A stretch of DNA of 64,000 nucleotides from Candidatus Terrybacteria bacterium RIFCSPHIGHO2_01_FULL_48_17 (GCA_001822835.1 MHSS01000013.1:10321-74320), one strand, 5' to 3'. Numbered from the stretch's first letter, positions 1 to 9,566 are shown. Notes: generated by a model from the letters alone, not told the origin. Numbers and translations are program-made.

Positions 1-548
1 TGCGTGATCAGTTGGGGGAAAAGCTTCCCGTAGGAACGATGGCCATTGATGCGATATTTTCACCTGTACGCATGGTTAATTTTGAGGTTGAAAATATGCG
101 ATTCCGCGAACGGACCGATTACAATCGATTAAAGCTTACCATTGAAACTGACGGTTCCGTGGATCCCGAAGAGGCATTCCAAAGGGGCGTTGCGTTGTTG
201 GTTCAGCAATTCTCCTCGCTTACCGGGATTCCGACGGCTGGATTAAAACAATCCACCGTTTCTGCTTCCACTATTAAAAAGACAGAAGCAGTGACAAAAG
301 CGGCAAAAGCTTCCGTATCCCAGCCCGTTTCCAAAGCTCTTGATGGTGACATTTTGAAACAACCTATCGCTATGTTGGGTCTTCCTGGGCGCGTGGGCTC
401 GGCCTTAAAATCTGCTGGTATTCAAACAGTTGCTGGACTTGTACGGAGGCGCGCATCAGAGCTTTTAAAACTTCCCGGCATAAGCGATCGGGCAATTCAG
501 GAAATACGGACTGCGCTTGGGACAGTGCGATTAACGTTAAAAGAATAA
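1..548 (+). CDS. rpoA: DNA-directed RNA polymerase alpha subunit, C-terminal part (5' end lies outside the window)
   Basis: Frame is open to the window edge. The translation contains the alpha-CTD helix-hairpin-helix region (ELLKLPGISDRAIQEIRTALG) and is followed by rplQ, as in the conserved rpoA-rplQ arrangement. Confidence 0.85.
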   Translation, partial: RDQLGEKLPVGTMAIDAIFSPVRMVNFEVENMRFRERTDYNRLKLTIETDGSVDPEEAFQRGVALLVQQFSSLTGIPTAGLKQSTVSASTIKKTEAVTKAAKASVSQPVSKALDGDILKQPIAMLGLPGRVGSALKSAGIQTVAGLVRRRASELLKLPGISDRAIQEIRTALGTVRLTLKE

Positions 549-554
549 GCGAGT

Positions 555-902
555 ATGCGGAAACGCAAAAAGGGGAAAAAATTTGGGAGAGAACGAAGTC
601 AAAGAAAAGCGTTTTTGAGCGGGCTTGCCCGCAATCTTTTGATGCATGGGCATATTGAAACGACGCTACCGCGCGCAAAAGCGGTGCGAAAGGTAGCGGA
701 ACGCGCGATAACGGTTGGGAAAAAACAGGATCTGGCTGGTAGGCGCCGCCTTGCAGGAATGTTTTCTCAAGAAGCGGCCAGAAAGATTTTTTCGGATATT
801 GCCCCTCGTTATCAGCAAAGGGCGGGAGGATATACCAGAATACGAAAACTAGGACCAAGACACGGGGACGCAGCACCACGCGCGATCATCGAGCTTGTGT
901 GA
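555..902 (+). CDS. rplQ: 50S ribosomal protein L17
   Basis: 115-aa basic protein (MRKRKKG...TRIRKLGPRHGDAAP..IIELV) with a typical L17 C-terminus, immediately downstream of rpoA. Confidence 0.9.
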   Translation: MRKRKKGKKFGRERSQRKAFLSGLARNLLMHGHIETTLPRAKAVRKVAERAITVGKKQDLAGRRRLAGMFSQEAARKIFSDIAPRYQQRAGGYTRIRKLGPRHGDAAPRAIIELV

Positions 903-903
903 T

Positions 904-1263
904 ATGAATCAAGTGCGACACACGATTGATGCAAAAGGAAAATCACTTGGCCGTGTGGCAAGCGAGGTTGTGCGTTTATTGCAGGAGAAAGACCTTCCCA
1001 CCTTTTTACCTAACAACATTTCAAATGTTTCTGTCGTTGTTTTAAATATCCAGAAATTGCGTCCTTTTGGGAAAGGGGCAGCAACCAAAAAAATTACTCG
1101 TCATACAGGTTACCCCGGAGGTTTGCGCGTAAAATCTGTGCCGGAATTATTCAAAAAAAATCCAGCCAAGGTTTTTCGACACGCAGTTGAAGGCATGCTG
1201 CCTGCCAATAAGCTACGCAAAAGAATGCTACGGCGATTGGTGATTCACAATGATGAGGAATAA
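904..1263 (+). CDS. rplM: 50S ribosomal protein L13
   Basis: ATG at 904 (MNQVRHTIDAKGKSLGRVASEVV...). The ORF-track start at 895 is a TTG that overlaps the rplQ stop. Precedes rpsI as in the rplM-rpsI operon. Confidence 0.9.
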   Translation: MNQVRHTIDAKGKSLGRVASEVVRLLQEKDLPTFLPNNISNVSVVVLNIQKLRPFGKGAATKKITRHTGYPGGLRVKSVPELFKKNPAKVFRHAVEGMLPANKLRKRMLRRLVIHNDEE

Positions 1264-1265
1264 CT

Positions 1266-1772
1266 ATGCCCAAAGTTACGACAAAAAAATCAGCGCCCAA
1301 AAAAGCTTCTCGCCGTCCTGTTGCGAAACAAAAGGCGCAACCCCAAAGACCGATAAAACCAAGCGAGCCACGTTTTATTCCATCAAAATATGTTGAAGGC
1401 GTGGGTCGTCGTAAAACGGCTATCGCACGCGTGAGGATTTTTACGAAAGGCGATAAAGAAATAGTGGTTAATGGACGGGCGCTTGAAAACTACTTTCCGG
1501 TGGCTGGCCATCGTGATGAGGTACGTGCACCATTGCAGCGTCTTAATATTGAAGATAAGTTTCGTATTTCCGTACAAGCGCATGGCAGCGGCGTGCATGC
1601 CCAGGCTCAGGCCATACGCCATGGATTGGCACGGGCCCTTGTGCGGTTTAATCCGGACTTTCGCAAACGCCTGAAACGGGCAGGATATCTTACGCGCGAT
1701 GCCCGTATGGTTGAACGCAAAAAAGCGGGGCTGAAAAAGGCAAGAAGGGCGCCCCAATGGCAAAAACGATAG
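1266..1772 (+). CDS. rpsI: 30S ribosomal protein S9 with a Lys/Ala/Pro-rich N-terminal extension
   Basis: C-terminal S9 signature ...GSGVHAQAQAIRHGLARAL...RKRLKRAGYLTRDARMVERKK.GLKKARRAPQW.KR. Confidence 0.9.
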   Translation: MPKVTTKKSAPKKASRRPVAKQKAQPQRPIKPSEPRFIPSKYVEGVGRRKTAIARVRIFTKGDKEIVVNGRALENYFPVAGHRDEVRAPLQRLNIEDKFRISVQAHGSGVHAQAQAIRHGLARALVRFNPDFRKRLKRAGYLTRDARMVERKKAGLKKARRAPQWQKR

Positions 1773-1775
1773 TGA

Positions 1776-2010
1776 AGCTCGTGGAGGACTAATTTGCGAA
1801 ACGCAAGCCGCCCCAGCGAGACGGCTTGCTCTGTCCTCGGTTCGCTCCCGAGCACATAATGCGTTATGTGCTCGGACCATGCCCGCTCGCCTGCGGAGGT
1901 TCGCAAATCAGCCTCCACTCGCTTACCGGAGGAACGAAAATAAGGCAAGCGCTTTCGCTAAATCGCTCAGCACAAACACGCTGCGCCAGAAAGAAAAAGA
2001 AAAGATAAAA
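1776..2010 (+). ncRNA. Candidate structured RNA or 3'UTR element: about 230 nt with no ORF and four or more perfect hairpins
   Basis: Perfect stems: GCAAGCCG..CGGCTTGC; CGAGCACATAA-tgcg-TTATGTGCTCG (11 bp); GGAGG..CCTCC; CGCTTgCC..GGcAAGCG. Lies between the rpsI stop and a bidirectional terminator. Confidence 0.2.
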
Positions 2011-2014
2011 GAAT

Positions 2015-2036
2015 CCCGCACTCGGCGGGGTTTTGT
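2015..2036. terminator. Bidirectional Rho-independent terminator between convergent genes
   Basis: cccgcACTCGgcggg stem followed by gttttgtg on the + strand. A T-rich run (ttcttttatcttttctttttc) sits on the opposite strand. Confidence 0.5.
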
Positions 2037-2120
2037 GTAGATAAAAAGAGCAATGGGCGTTTCTGCGTTGTCCTTCGTCGAGCTCAGGATCCCGAGCGGC
2101 GTCGAGGGATTCTGTGATAC

Positions 2121-3500
2121 TCACAATCCAATCGCGCCTCCGATATCAATCGTTGGCCTTGTGGGAATTCGAAATCTTACCAGCCGGCCATCAGGAAACG
2201 CTACGAATAGGGATTGGATACGCAAGTCAACATCAAGAGCACCGATCGTTTCATTAAGAATCGTGGCACTATTTCTGCCACCTCGTTCATCCAACTCAAA
2301 TATACGAATATCTTGTGATGTGCTCACGATCACGTGTTCTTCGCCCGGAGCAAACGACGCATCAAGCAAGTCTCGTGAAGCACGCAATATTAGCGTTTCA
2401 TCTCCTTTTTTTCTTTGGGGTTGTTCGGGCCGTTCTTTGAGAAAATGTACCCGCACTTCATTTGGGGTGCGAAACAATATTTTTTCTCCACTGGGAGAAA
2501 ATTCAAATCCTAACACGCGTTCATGCAACTGAAGGGCTTGGGTTTGATCAGTATCCAGAAACCAGAGTGGGCCATTCTGGGCATATATTGTTATTTTGCC
2601 CTCATGCGTGATAATTTTTATCGGCGCATCTGGAGTTTTTATTGCCGAATTGGTAAGTTGCGTTTTTTCTTCCGGATTTTCCGAATTTATTCTCCAAAGA
2701 TACCCTTCTGTATCGAGGGCGATAATATGGCTAGCGTCCCATCCGAAGGCAATGACATTACGCATAAGCGTTTTTTGCGGGGCTGGGTTTAAAAGTCCCA
2801 GTACGACAAGATTTTGGCCTGAGCGCGCCGCAAGCATCTTCCCGTCGCCTCGAACGAGTGCATCAGAAAGACCGGCAGGAAGGGGGCTGATATGTGGATT
2901 TTGTTTATCCTCAAGATCGACCAATACAGTCGTTCCGTTTTCGAGTACCGTAGTTGCTTTTGGGCTTTCGTTTGCCCATACTGCCGTAACTGCCGATATG
3001 TCTTGTGTTGAAAAAAGAACAGTAAGATCCTTATCGTCGACTACCTTGAGGCCATCGTTTGAAATAAGCAAAAGAAAGCTCTGTTTTGGTGATGAAATGA
3101 TTGTTGAGGGAAAAGCCGCAGAGCGTGTCGCAATAACATCAAGCTTTTGTGGCCATAGTTGTGCAAAAGGGAACAGGAGCGTTTTTCCCGGCTCAATGGC
3201 AGCAATCTTTTTCCATGGTGTGAAACCAGCCCGCATCGCTTCGATATTTAAAGAGCCGGGGATAAGGTTTGCAAAATATGCTTTCGAAGAAATTGCTGAA
3301 GTAGTTTTGCTCCGTTTGGTTTCAACAGAAACAGTCGTTCCGTATGGAAATGGGAACACAGCAAGCGCGCCGGTTTTCACGATGGCGCCTTCTCTTAAAG
3401 ATAGCCGCCATCCCATAGCATAAAGTGCGGTAAGCGGTATTGCGATTAACGCTATAAGGATCGCCGCCCTTACTATAATTTGCCGTGTTCCTCGGCTCAT
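2121..3500 (-). CDS. Hypothetical membrane-anchored protein (N-terminal TM helix, large extracytoplasmic domain)
   Basis: 459-aa ORF with a hydrophobic N-terminus (IIVRAAILIALIAIPLTALYAMGW). I recognise no catalytic motif. Confidence 0.55.
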   Translation of the reverse strand: MSRGTRQIIVRAAILIALIAIPLTALYAMGWRLSLREGAIVKTGALAVFPFPYGTTVSVETKRSKTTSAISSKAYFANLIPGSLNIEAMRAGFTPWKKIAAIEPGKTLLFPFAQLWPQKLDVIATRSAAFPSTIISSPKQSFLLLISNDGLKVVDDKDLTVLFSTQDISAVTAVWANESPKATTVLENGTTVLVDLEDKQNPHISPLPAGLSDALVRGDGKMLAARSGQNLVVLGLLNPAPQKTLMRNVIAFGWDASHIIALDTEGYLWRINSENPEEKTQLTNSAIKTPDAPIKIITHEGKITIYAQNGPLWFLDTDQTQALQLHERVLGFEFSPSGEKILFRTPNEVRVHFLKERPEQPQRKKGDETLILRASRDLLDASFAPGEEHVIVSTSQDIRIFELDERGGRNSATILNETIGALDVDLRIQSLFVAFPDGRLVRFRIPTRPTIDIGGAIGL

Positions 3501-3582
3501 ATGCTTTAGCTTACCATATGGGCTTTCCTTGCGAGAGTAGGGCTTATAGGGTATGGTAGAATTTGCAACATATTTTATTGTT

Positions 3583-4848
3583 ATGGCGGGAAGGTTCGTT
3601 ATTAATGGGGGAAAACCGCTTTACGGCACCGTCGGGGTGGCGGGTGCTAAAAATGCTGTTTTAAAACTTATCGCAGCATGTCTTTTGACGAAAGAGTCAT
3701 GCACGCTCCATAATATTCCCGATATTTCCGACGTTTCCCAAATGCTTGCGATTTTAGAAAGCATGGGAGTGCGCGTTGAACGTCCCCAGAAAGGAACTGT
3801 TTCTATCGCTGCCGATAGGGTTGACCCCAAAAATATCGCTACCTCTCTCGTCTCAAAGCTGCGTGCATCCGTGGTGCTTTTGGGGCCGTTGCTTGTTCGT
3901 TTTGGCGAAATTCGCTTGCCTTATCCTGGGGGAGATCGTATTGGCGCACGACCACTTGATGCGCATCGCAGCATATTTGAACAATTTGGTGCAGAAATTA
4001 TTTCTTGGGATACGCTTTTGCATCTTCGTATCCCAAGAAACGGTCTTAGGCCCGGCCGGATTGTCCTTCCCGAATTTTCCGTGACTGCAACGGAAAACGC
4101 GATGCTTACTGCTTCGCTGTTGCCGGGTAAAACAATGCTTCATATCGCAGCCGCAGAACCGCACGTGCAAGATCTTGCCGCCTTGCTTGTTCGTATGGGG
4201 ATTAATATTCAGGGGGCAGGAACTCATGATCTTATCATTTTCGGGGAAAAAACGCTTTCGGGCGCTACGCACACGACCATCCCCGATCCTCTGGATGCAG
4301 CTACCTTCCTTATTTTTGGTGCCGCAACGCGCGGAGAGATAGAAATATGTGGCGCGCGCGAGGATCATCTTCTTTTAGTTCTTGAGAAGCTTAAAGAAAT
4401 GGGGGTTGGGCTTAAGGTTGATGGATCCTCTATTTCCGTTTCCGGAAAAGGGCAGCTTCGCGCAACTCGTCGCATTCAAGCAATGCCCTATCCAGGAATT
4501 CCCTCAGATCTTCAGGCGTTATTTGCGGTTCTTGCCACCCAAGCAGAAGGAGAAACCCAAATACACGATCCTCTTTTTGAAGGGCGCTTCCTCTACGTCA
4601 ATGAGCTTAAGCGCATGGGGGCGGCGGCAGAACAACATAATTCCCACGAGGCCCTTATCCGTGGCGTTACCAAGCTTTCTGGAATGAGGATCTCCTCATT
4701 TGATATTCGCGCCGGAGCTGCTATGGTACTTGCGGGGCTTATTGCTGGCGGTCAGACCATTATTGAAGGGGTAGAGCATATCGACCGCGGTTATGAGGAT
4801 CTAGATGGAAGGTTGAGAAGCTTGGGGGCAGATATTATCCGACAATGA
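3583..4848 (+). CDS. murA: UDP-N-acetylglucosamine 1-carboxyvinyltransferase (MurA)
   Basis: MAGRFVINGGKPLYGTVGVAGAKNAVLKLIAA.. matches the MurA N-terminus. The fold (EPSP synthase-like) runs the whole length. An alternative upstream ATG sits at 3553. Confidence 0.9.
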   Translation: MAGRFVINGGKPLYGTVGVAGAKNAVLKLIAACLLTKESCTLHNIPDISDVSQMLAILESMGVRVERPQKGTVSIAADRVDPKNIATSLVSKLRASVVLLGPLLVRFGEIRLPYPGGDRIGARPLDAHRSIFEQFGAEIISWDTLLHLRIPRNGLRPGRIVLPEFSVTATENAMLTASLLPGKTMLHIAAAEPHVQDLAALLVRMGINIQGAGTHDLIIFGEKTLSGATHTTIPDPLDAATFLIFGAATRGEIEICGAREDHLLLVLEKLKEMGVGLKVDGSSISVSGKGQLRATRRIQAMPYPGIPSDLQALFAVLATQAEGETQIHDPLFEGRFLYVNELKRMGAAAEQHNSHEALIRGVTKLSGMRISSFDIRAGAAMVLAGLIAGGQTIIEGVEHIDRGYEDLDGRLRSLGADIIRQ

Positions 4849-4925
4849 CCAATGCCCCAAGCTCAAATATCCAATTCGTCGAATTGGTAATTATGATTTA
4901 GACATTCATCGGACATTTATTGGAT

Positions 4926-4953
4926 ATTGGGATTTTGACATTGGGATTTTCAC
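4926..4953. repeat. Intergenic repeat family A (ATTGGGATTTTGACA x2), partial copy, 7 nt upstream of the mreB start
   Basis: attgggattttgacattgggattttcac is the reverse complement of the tandem aaatcccaatgtcaaa units at 33804-33834 and resembles 10196-10215. Confidence 0.5.
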
Positions 4954-4959
4954 AAAATT

Positions 4960-5973
4960 ATGTTCATACGCAAAATCGGCATTGATCTTGGCACCACCAA
5001 TTCTCTTGTTTTCCTTCCTCGCAAGGGCGTTGTGTTGAACGAGCCGACGGTGGTTGCCGTTTCTATTTTGGATAAAAAGGTGGTGGCTGTCGGGCATGCA
5101 GCCAAAGAGATGATCGGCAGAACTCCAGAAACGATCGTTGCGAGCCGTCCCATGAAAGACGGTGTCATCGCCGATTATCGTATTACCGAAGCAATGCTGC
5201 GGTATTTCGTTTCGCGAGCACTCGGTTCATTTCGAATTGTTCGACCTGATGTGATGATTTCGGTTCCTGCCGGAATCACTTCAACCGAGCGGAGAGCCGT
5301 TATTGAGGCGGCGCGTTCCGCAGGTGCACGCGAGGCCTATGTCGTAAAGGAGCCCATTTTGGCAGCAATTGGTGCCGGCCTTCCCATTAATGCGCCTTCC
5401 GGTTCCATGATTGTAAATTCCGGCGGCGGAACGACGGAAGTTGCAGTGTTATCACTCGGCGGACTTGTTGCGGTTTCGTCCGTGCGCGTTGCCGGAAACC
5501 GACTGGACGCTGCAATTATGGAGTTTATGAAGAGAAAATATAACGTAGCAATTGGGGAGCGCACAGCGGAGCAAATTAAAATTGCCATAGGAGCCGCCCT
5601 CCCCTTGAAAGAAAATCCAAAAATGGCGGTGAAGGGACGGGATCTTGCTGGCGGTTTGCCAAAAATTATTGAAGTGAAATCAAATGAAATTACCGATGCA
5701 ATGGCGGATCCTTTGCGGGAAATCGTGCGCGCGGTAAAGGCCGTGTTGCGGGAAACCCCCCCGGAACTTGCTGCTGATGTAATAGAAAACGGTATGGTAT
5801 TATCCGGCGGCACGGCCCTGTTGCGTCATTTGGATAGGTTATTGGAGCAAGCAACGGGAGTGCCCGCGCGTGTAGCCGACGAATCTCTCTTCTGCGTTGC
5901 AAAAGGAACAGGGGCGGCGCTTGAAAGTTTGGATGTATACAAGCAGAGCATATCTTCTCTTAGGAGACCATAA
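4960..5973 (+). CDS. mreB: Rod shape-determining protein MreB (actin homologue)
   Basis: MFIRKIGIDLGTTNSLVF...EPTVVA... is the actin/MreB phosphate-1 motif. The 337-aa length is typical. Confidence 0.92.
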   Translation: MFIRKIGIDLGTTNSLVFLPRKGVVLNEPTVVAVSILDKKVVAVGHAAKEMIGRTPETIVASRPMKDGVIADYRITEAMLRYFVSRALGSFRIVRPDVMISVPAGITSTERRAVIEAARSAGAREAYVVKEPILAAIGAGLPINAPSGSMIVNSGGGTTEVAVLSLGGLVAVSSVRVAGNRLDAAIMEFMKRKYNVAIGERTAEQIKIAIGAALPLKENPKMAVKGRDLAGGLPKIIEVKSNEITDAMADPLREIVRAVKAVLRETPPELAADVIENGMVLSGGTALLRHLDRLLEQATGVPARVADESLFCVAKGTGAALESLDVYKQSISSLRRP

Positions 5974-7058
5974 TGCAAATTGGTATTCATGCTGCAGCAT
6001 TAGTCCGCCCGCGTATCGCGGGCGTTGAACGCTACACCCGCGAGCTTTTGGGGGCGCTTTTGGCGCTTCCGGAATCTCGGAGCCATACGTTTGTCCTTTT
6101 CACACCAACACGCCCCGATTTTGACGTTTCTCAAACGCCGCATGCAAAATTCCATATCGTGCCGCAAAATATTGCTTTTACCCAATTTGGGTTAAGTAAA
6201 GCGTTCTTACGGATGAAGCTCGACTCTTTTTTTGTGCCGGCACATGTGTTGCCCCGCGTGCTGCCTGGTAAAACCGTGGTGACAGTACACGGGCTAGAAT
6301 TTGAACACGCGCCGTGGGCATATCCTAAAACCCAGCGCCTGTGGCTTCGCGTAATGACTAAGGATGCGGTGAAACGGGCGGATAAGGTGATCGCTATATC
6401 GGAGGCGACCAAGCGGGATCTTGTTGAGCGTTATCACGTACCTGAAGATAAGATTAGTGTTATTCATCACGGATTTTCTGTTCAGGAAACTCAAGACGAA
6501 ATAGCATCTAAGGCACAGGTGGGCCGAAAACCATATTTTTTATTTTTCGGACGCCTTGAGCAAAAAAAGAATATTGCCAGCATAGTGCGTGCGTTTACCA
6601 CATTTAAAACCTTAACTCGTTTTCCGCACCGGCTGTTGCTGGCGGGTGCTGCGGGTTTTGGATTTTCCCAAATTAAGAAAGAAGTTGACACAAGCCCGGC
6701 TAAAAATGATATCGTACGATTGGGTTATGTGCCCGATACGCTACGGGGGCATTTACTCAAGTATGCGGCCGCGTTTGTATTTCCATCGTGGGCAGAAGGA
6801 TTCGGTCTTCCTATTCTTGAGGCGCAAGCAGCCGGTGTGCCCGTGATTACGTCAGACACAACAGCCATGCCGGAGATTGCTGGCGGCGGGGCGCTTTTTG
6901 TGGATCCCAAAGACCCAGAAATGCTGGCACAGGCAATGCGAAAAATAGTTCAAGACCCGAAACTTCGGCAAAAGCTTATTGTTGCAGGGCTGGTAAACCT
7001 TAAACGGTTCTCGTGGGAAGAAACCGCACGACGGACTTTAGGAATACTCATAGAATAA
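5973..7058 (+). CDS. Glycosyltransferase family 4 (GT-B, glycosyl transferase group 1)
   Basis: C-terminal EGFGLPILEAQAAGVPVITSD motif (the EX7E-type region of GT4). Its start overlaps the mreB stop (ATAATG). Confidence 0.85.
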   Translation: MQIGIHAAALVRPRIAGVERYTRELLGALLALPESRSHTFVLFTPTRPDFDVSQTPHAKFHIVPQNIAFTQFGLSKAFLRMKLDSFFVPAHVLPRVLPGKTVVTVHGLEFEHAPWAYPKTQRLWLRVMTKDAVKRADKVIAISEATKRDLVERYHVPEDKISVIHHGFSVQETQDEIASKAQVGRKPYFLFFGRLEQKKNIASIVRAFTTFKTLTRFPHRLLLAGAAGFGFSQIKKEVDTSPAKNDIVRLGYVPDTLRGHLLKYAAAFVFPSWAEGFGLPILEAQAAGVPVITSDTTAMPEIAGGGALFVDPKDPEMLAQAMRKIVQDPKLRQKLIVAGLVNLKRFSWEETARRTLGILIE

Positions 7059-7109
7059 TTTTGTATTTCGAATCGTCGGTTTGGATTTTGGGTTTTGGAT
7101 TTTTTGTTT

Positions 7110-8213
7110 ATGCGCTTAGCTTTTGTTACGGAGCCACTTACGCGTTTTGGTGGGGCAGAAAAAGTGCTTCGCGTTTTGCATGAAATGTATCCTGACGCTC
7201 CGATCTACGCACCCTATTATGACCCAGTCGTGGTCGCACGGTTTTTTCCCAAGGCAGAAGTGCGTACCTCCTTTTTACAACGTTTGCCATGGCGCATGCT
7301 GGGGGCGCGCATGCTCTTGCCGCTGCTTGCAGTGGCGGTTGAGTCGTTTGATCTCCGTGATTTTGATCTAGTTGTTTCTTCAAGCTCGGCATTTGCAAAA
7401 GGGGCAGTTACGCGCTCCCATGCCCGTCACGTGGCGTACGTACATACACCACCCCGGTTTTTGTGGGAAGACCGCCATCTTTATCTTGAGGCGCTACGAA
7501 TGCCACTAATAATAAAATGGGGTATTGCCCCTCTTCTTCATTGGTTGCGCACGTGGGATCAGCATACCGCATACCGGGTTGATGGTTTTTTCGCAAATTC
7601 CAGCTATACAGCGCAAAGGGTTAAAAAATATTGGGGAAAAGATGCGCAAGTACTTTACCCTCCCGTAGATACACAATCGTACGCTGGCGATGCAAACTCC
7701 TTTCCGCAAAAACCCTATGCGCTCGCAATTTCTCGTTTTACTCCCCACAAACGTCTTGGGCTTGCGCTCGAAGCATTTCATCGGTTACCGGCACTGTCAT
7801 TGGTAATTGTCGGCGAAGGACCGCAGGAAGGGCTTTTAAAGAATCAAGCGCCGCCAAATGCCGTTTTCCTTCCCTGGCAGGAAACGGAGAACCTTCGTAC
7901 CCTTATGGCACATGCAGAATTTTTCGTAATGCCACAAGTCGAAGATTTTGGAATTACCGCGATTGAATCAATGGCAGAAGGAACTCCTGTGCTTGCATAT
8001 CGTGGTGGCGGGGCGCTTGAAACCGTGAAAGAAGGAGAGACCGGAGAATTTTTTGACGATCAGGACGTATTTTCGCTTGCTAATGGTATCCGTAGAATCC
8101 GTGAAGGGGTGCGTCGGGGCATATATAGAAAACAATTTCTACAAGAATATGTTCAGCGCTTTTCCGAAGATAAGTTTCGCAGCACTGTGGAAAACCTCAT
8201 AAGCCCCTCATAA
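7110..8213 (+). CDS. Glycosyltransferase family 4 (second copy)
   Basis: EDFGITAIESMAEGTPVLAYRGGGALETV motif. Start chosen at ATG 7110 (MRLAFVTEP) because 7095-7109 belongs to a TTTGGATTTTGGG repeat. Confidence 0.8.
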   Translation: MRLAFVTEPLTRFGGAEKVLRVLHEMYPDAPIYAPYYDPVVVARFFPKAEVRTSFLQRLPWRMLGARMLLPLLAVAVESFDLRDFDLVVSSSSAFAKGAVTRSHARHVAYVHTPPRFLWEDRHLYLEALRMPLIIKWGIAPLLHWLRTWDQHTAYRVDGFFANSSYTAQRVKKYWGKDAQVLYPPVDTQSYAGDANSFPQKPYALAISRFTPHKRLGLALEAFHRLPALSLVIVGEGPQEGLLKNQAPPNAVFLPWQETENLRTLMAHAEFFVMPQVEDFGITAIESMAEGTPVLAYRGGGALETVKEGETGEFFDDQDVFSLANGIRRIREGVRRGIYRKQFLQEYVQRFSEDKFRSTVENLISPS

Positions 8214-8237
8214 CGGGTATAGTGTTATAATAAAAAC

Positions 8238-8801
8238 ATGAACGAACAACTTTTCGCCTACGTAACAGATGGCCTTGCAAAGGGCATTAAGAAAGAAGCG
8301 CTTGAAGCCAATTTATTAAAAGCCGGATGGCAAAAAGAGGTGGTTGATCAGGCATTCGCACAAGCGGGAGGGTCTTTTCCCGGATCCTCAACCTTGTCTG
8401 GGATCCCACAAACGGCGCAAGGTGTTGTCGGAGCTGGCAATGGTTCTGGGCTTGGTTCTGCATCCGTGATCCCGCCCGGGGTTTCTGGTTGGGGATGGGG
8501 TCCGTTCCTGCTTACTTGGATTTGGGGAATTGCGCATAAGGTTTGGATAAGCTTGTTGATCTTTATTCCGTTTATTGGGTGGATTATGTGGATTATGTTG
8601 GGGGTTAAGGGGCGTGAATGGGCTTGGCGCGCACAACGCTGGGAGAGCGTTGATCATTTTAATCGCGTACAACGAAAATGGTCTATGTGGGGGGTCATTT
8701 TATCGGTGATCCCACCATTTGCAATTCTACTTATTTTTATGATTCTGGTACTTTTTGCAGGACCGTCTTCTCTTGATACAACTCCGCCTCCCATATATTA
8801 G
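8238..8801 (+). CDS. Hypothetical membrane protein (soluble N-terminal domain, Trp-rich TM C-terminal domain)
   Basis: 187 aa. WGWGPFLLTWIWGI..LIFIPFIGWIMWIMLG hydrophobic segments. No identifiable catalytic motif. Confidence 0.55.
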   Translation: MNEQLFAYVTDGLAKGIKKEALEANLLKAGWQKEVVDQAFAQAGGSFPGSSTLSGIPQTAQGVVGAGNGSGLGSASVIPPGVSGWGWGPFLLTWIWGIAHKVWISLLIFIPFIGWIMWIMLGVKGREWAWRAQRWESVDHFNRVQRKWSMWGVILSVIPPFAILLIFMILVLFAGPSSLDTTPPPIY

Positions 8802-8828
8802 GAAGATTCGATACCTTGATTCTTTACG

Positions 8829-8859
8829 CAAAAACCCGCTTTTAAAGCGGGTTTTTTAT
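8829..8859. terminator. Bidirectional Rho-independent terminator
   Basis: aaaaACCCGCttttaaaGCGGGTtttttatt, with A-run and T-run on both sides, between convergent genes. Confidence 0.6.
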
Positions 8860-9566
8860 TGAAGATTTATAGCCATTACATATGGTTTGTGCACCGAAAG
8901 ATACAGGGTGCGTTTTTTGTTTGTGCGCGCTGCCCACCAAAATTCACCATAACTGAAGTGCCACCATTCATTGGGAATTGAGGCAAACCCTACTGCCTCC
9001 ATTGTCTTTCGTAAGATTCGGCGATTGCGTAGGATATATGCGGGAAGATTTTGATAATCGCGGTATTTCTGATCTTGCCATTCGGTCGGCACGCAGCGCT
9101 TGAATGCTTTTCGCATCGGGAGCAACCGGCCGGTTTTTGCATAAGCAAGTGTAACGTCTATAGCCCCGCCTGTGGTGTGGGGCGGCGGATACGTATCGTC
9201 AGCCGGCACGGCAAACCGATCTGCTTGTTTACGCGCCTCTTCGCGGTTTTGCGCAAGCCCCAGGCGTTCAATTTGCTCTGCTTGGTTTTCGTGAATACCG
9301 GCTTGTGTTCTTGGCGCACGCCACGCGTCGCGTACCACGAGCGTGATATCTGACGGGAGATTTTTTGCGGTAGCATTAAGCAAAATCCCAATACCAAGTC
9401 GCACTACCGCACGATTGTCTTCTCTCAGTATGTTTTTTGACTGGTAAAGCCGTACCATGACGCTTGGGCATGCTTGAGCGATATCAACGAAGGGCTCCGT
9501 AGTGTCAAAGAGCTCGATCTGTTCGAGCTCCTGTTCTTTTCCGATAAGGTCTTCTGGGATTCGCAC
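8856..9566 (-). CDS. D-alanyl-D-alanine dipeptidase (VanX/DdpX-like, peptidase M15D)
   Basis: HTTGGAIDVTL (SxHxxGxAxD-type zinc site) and C-terminal EWWHFSYGE motif characteristic of VanX-type dipeptidases. Confidence 0.7.
   Translation of the reverse strand: MRIPEDLIGKEQELEQIELFDTTEPFVDIAQACPSVMVRLYQSKNILREDNRAVVRLGIGILLNATAKNLPSDITLVVRDAWRAPRTQAGIHENQAEQIERLGLAQNREEARKQADRFAVPADDTYPPPHTTGGAIDVTLAYAKTGRLLPMRKAFKRCVPTEWQDQKYRDYQNLPAYILRNRRILRKTMEAVGFASIPNEWWHFSYGEFWWAARTNKKRTLYLSVHKPYVMAINLQ

Noticed and set aside
2596-3423. 275-aa plus-strand ORF
   Set aside because: Antisense to the 459-aa membrane-anchored protein gene. A Ser/Phe/Cys-rich shadow ORF in the same GC-rich stretch.
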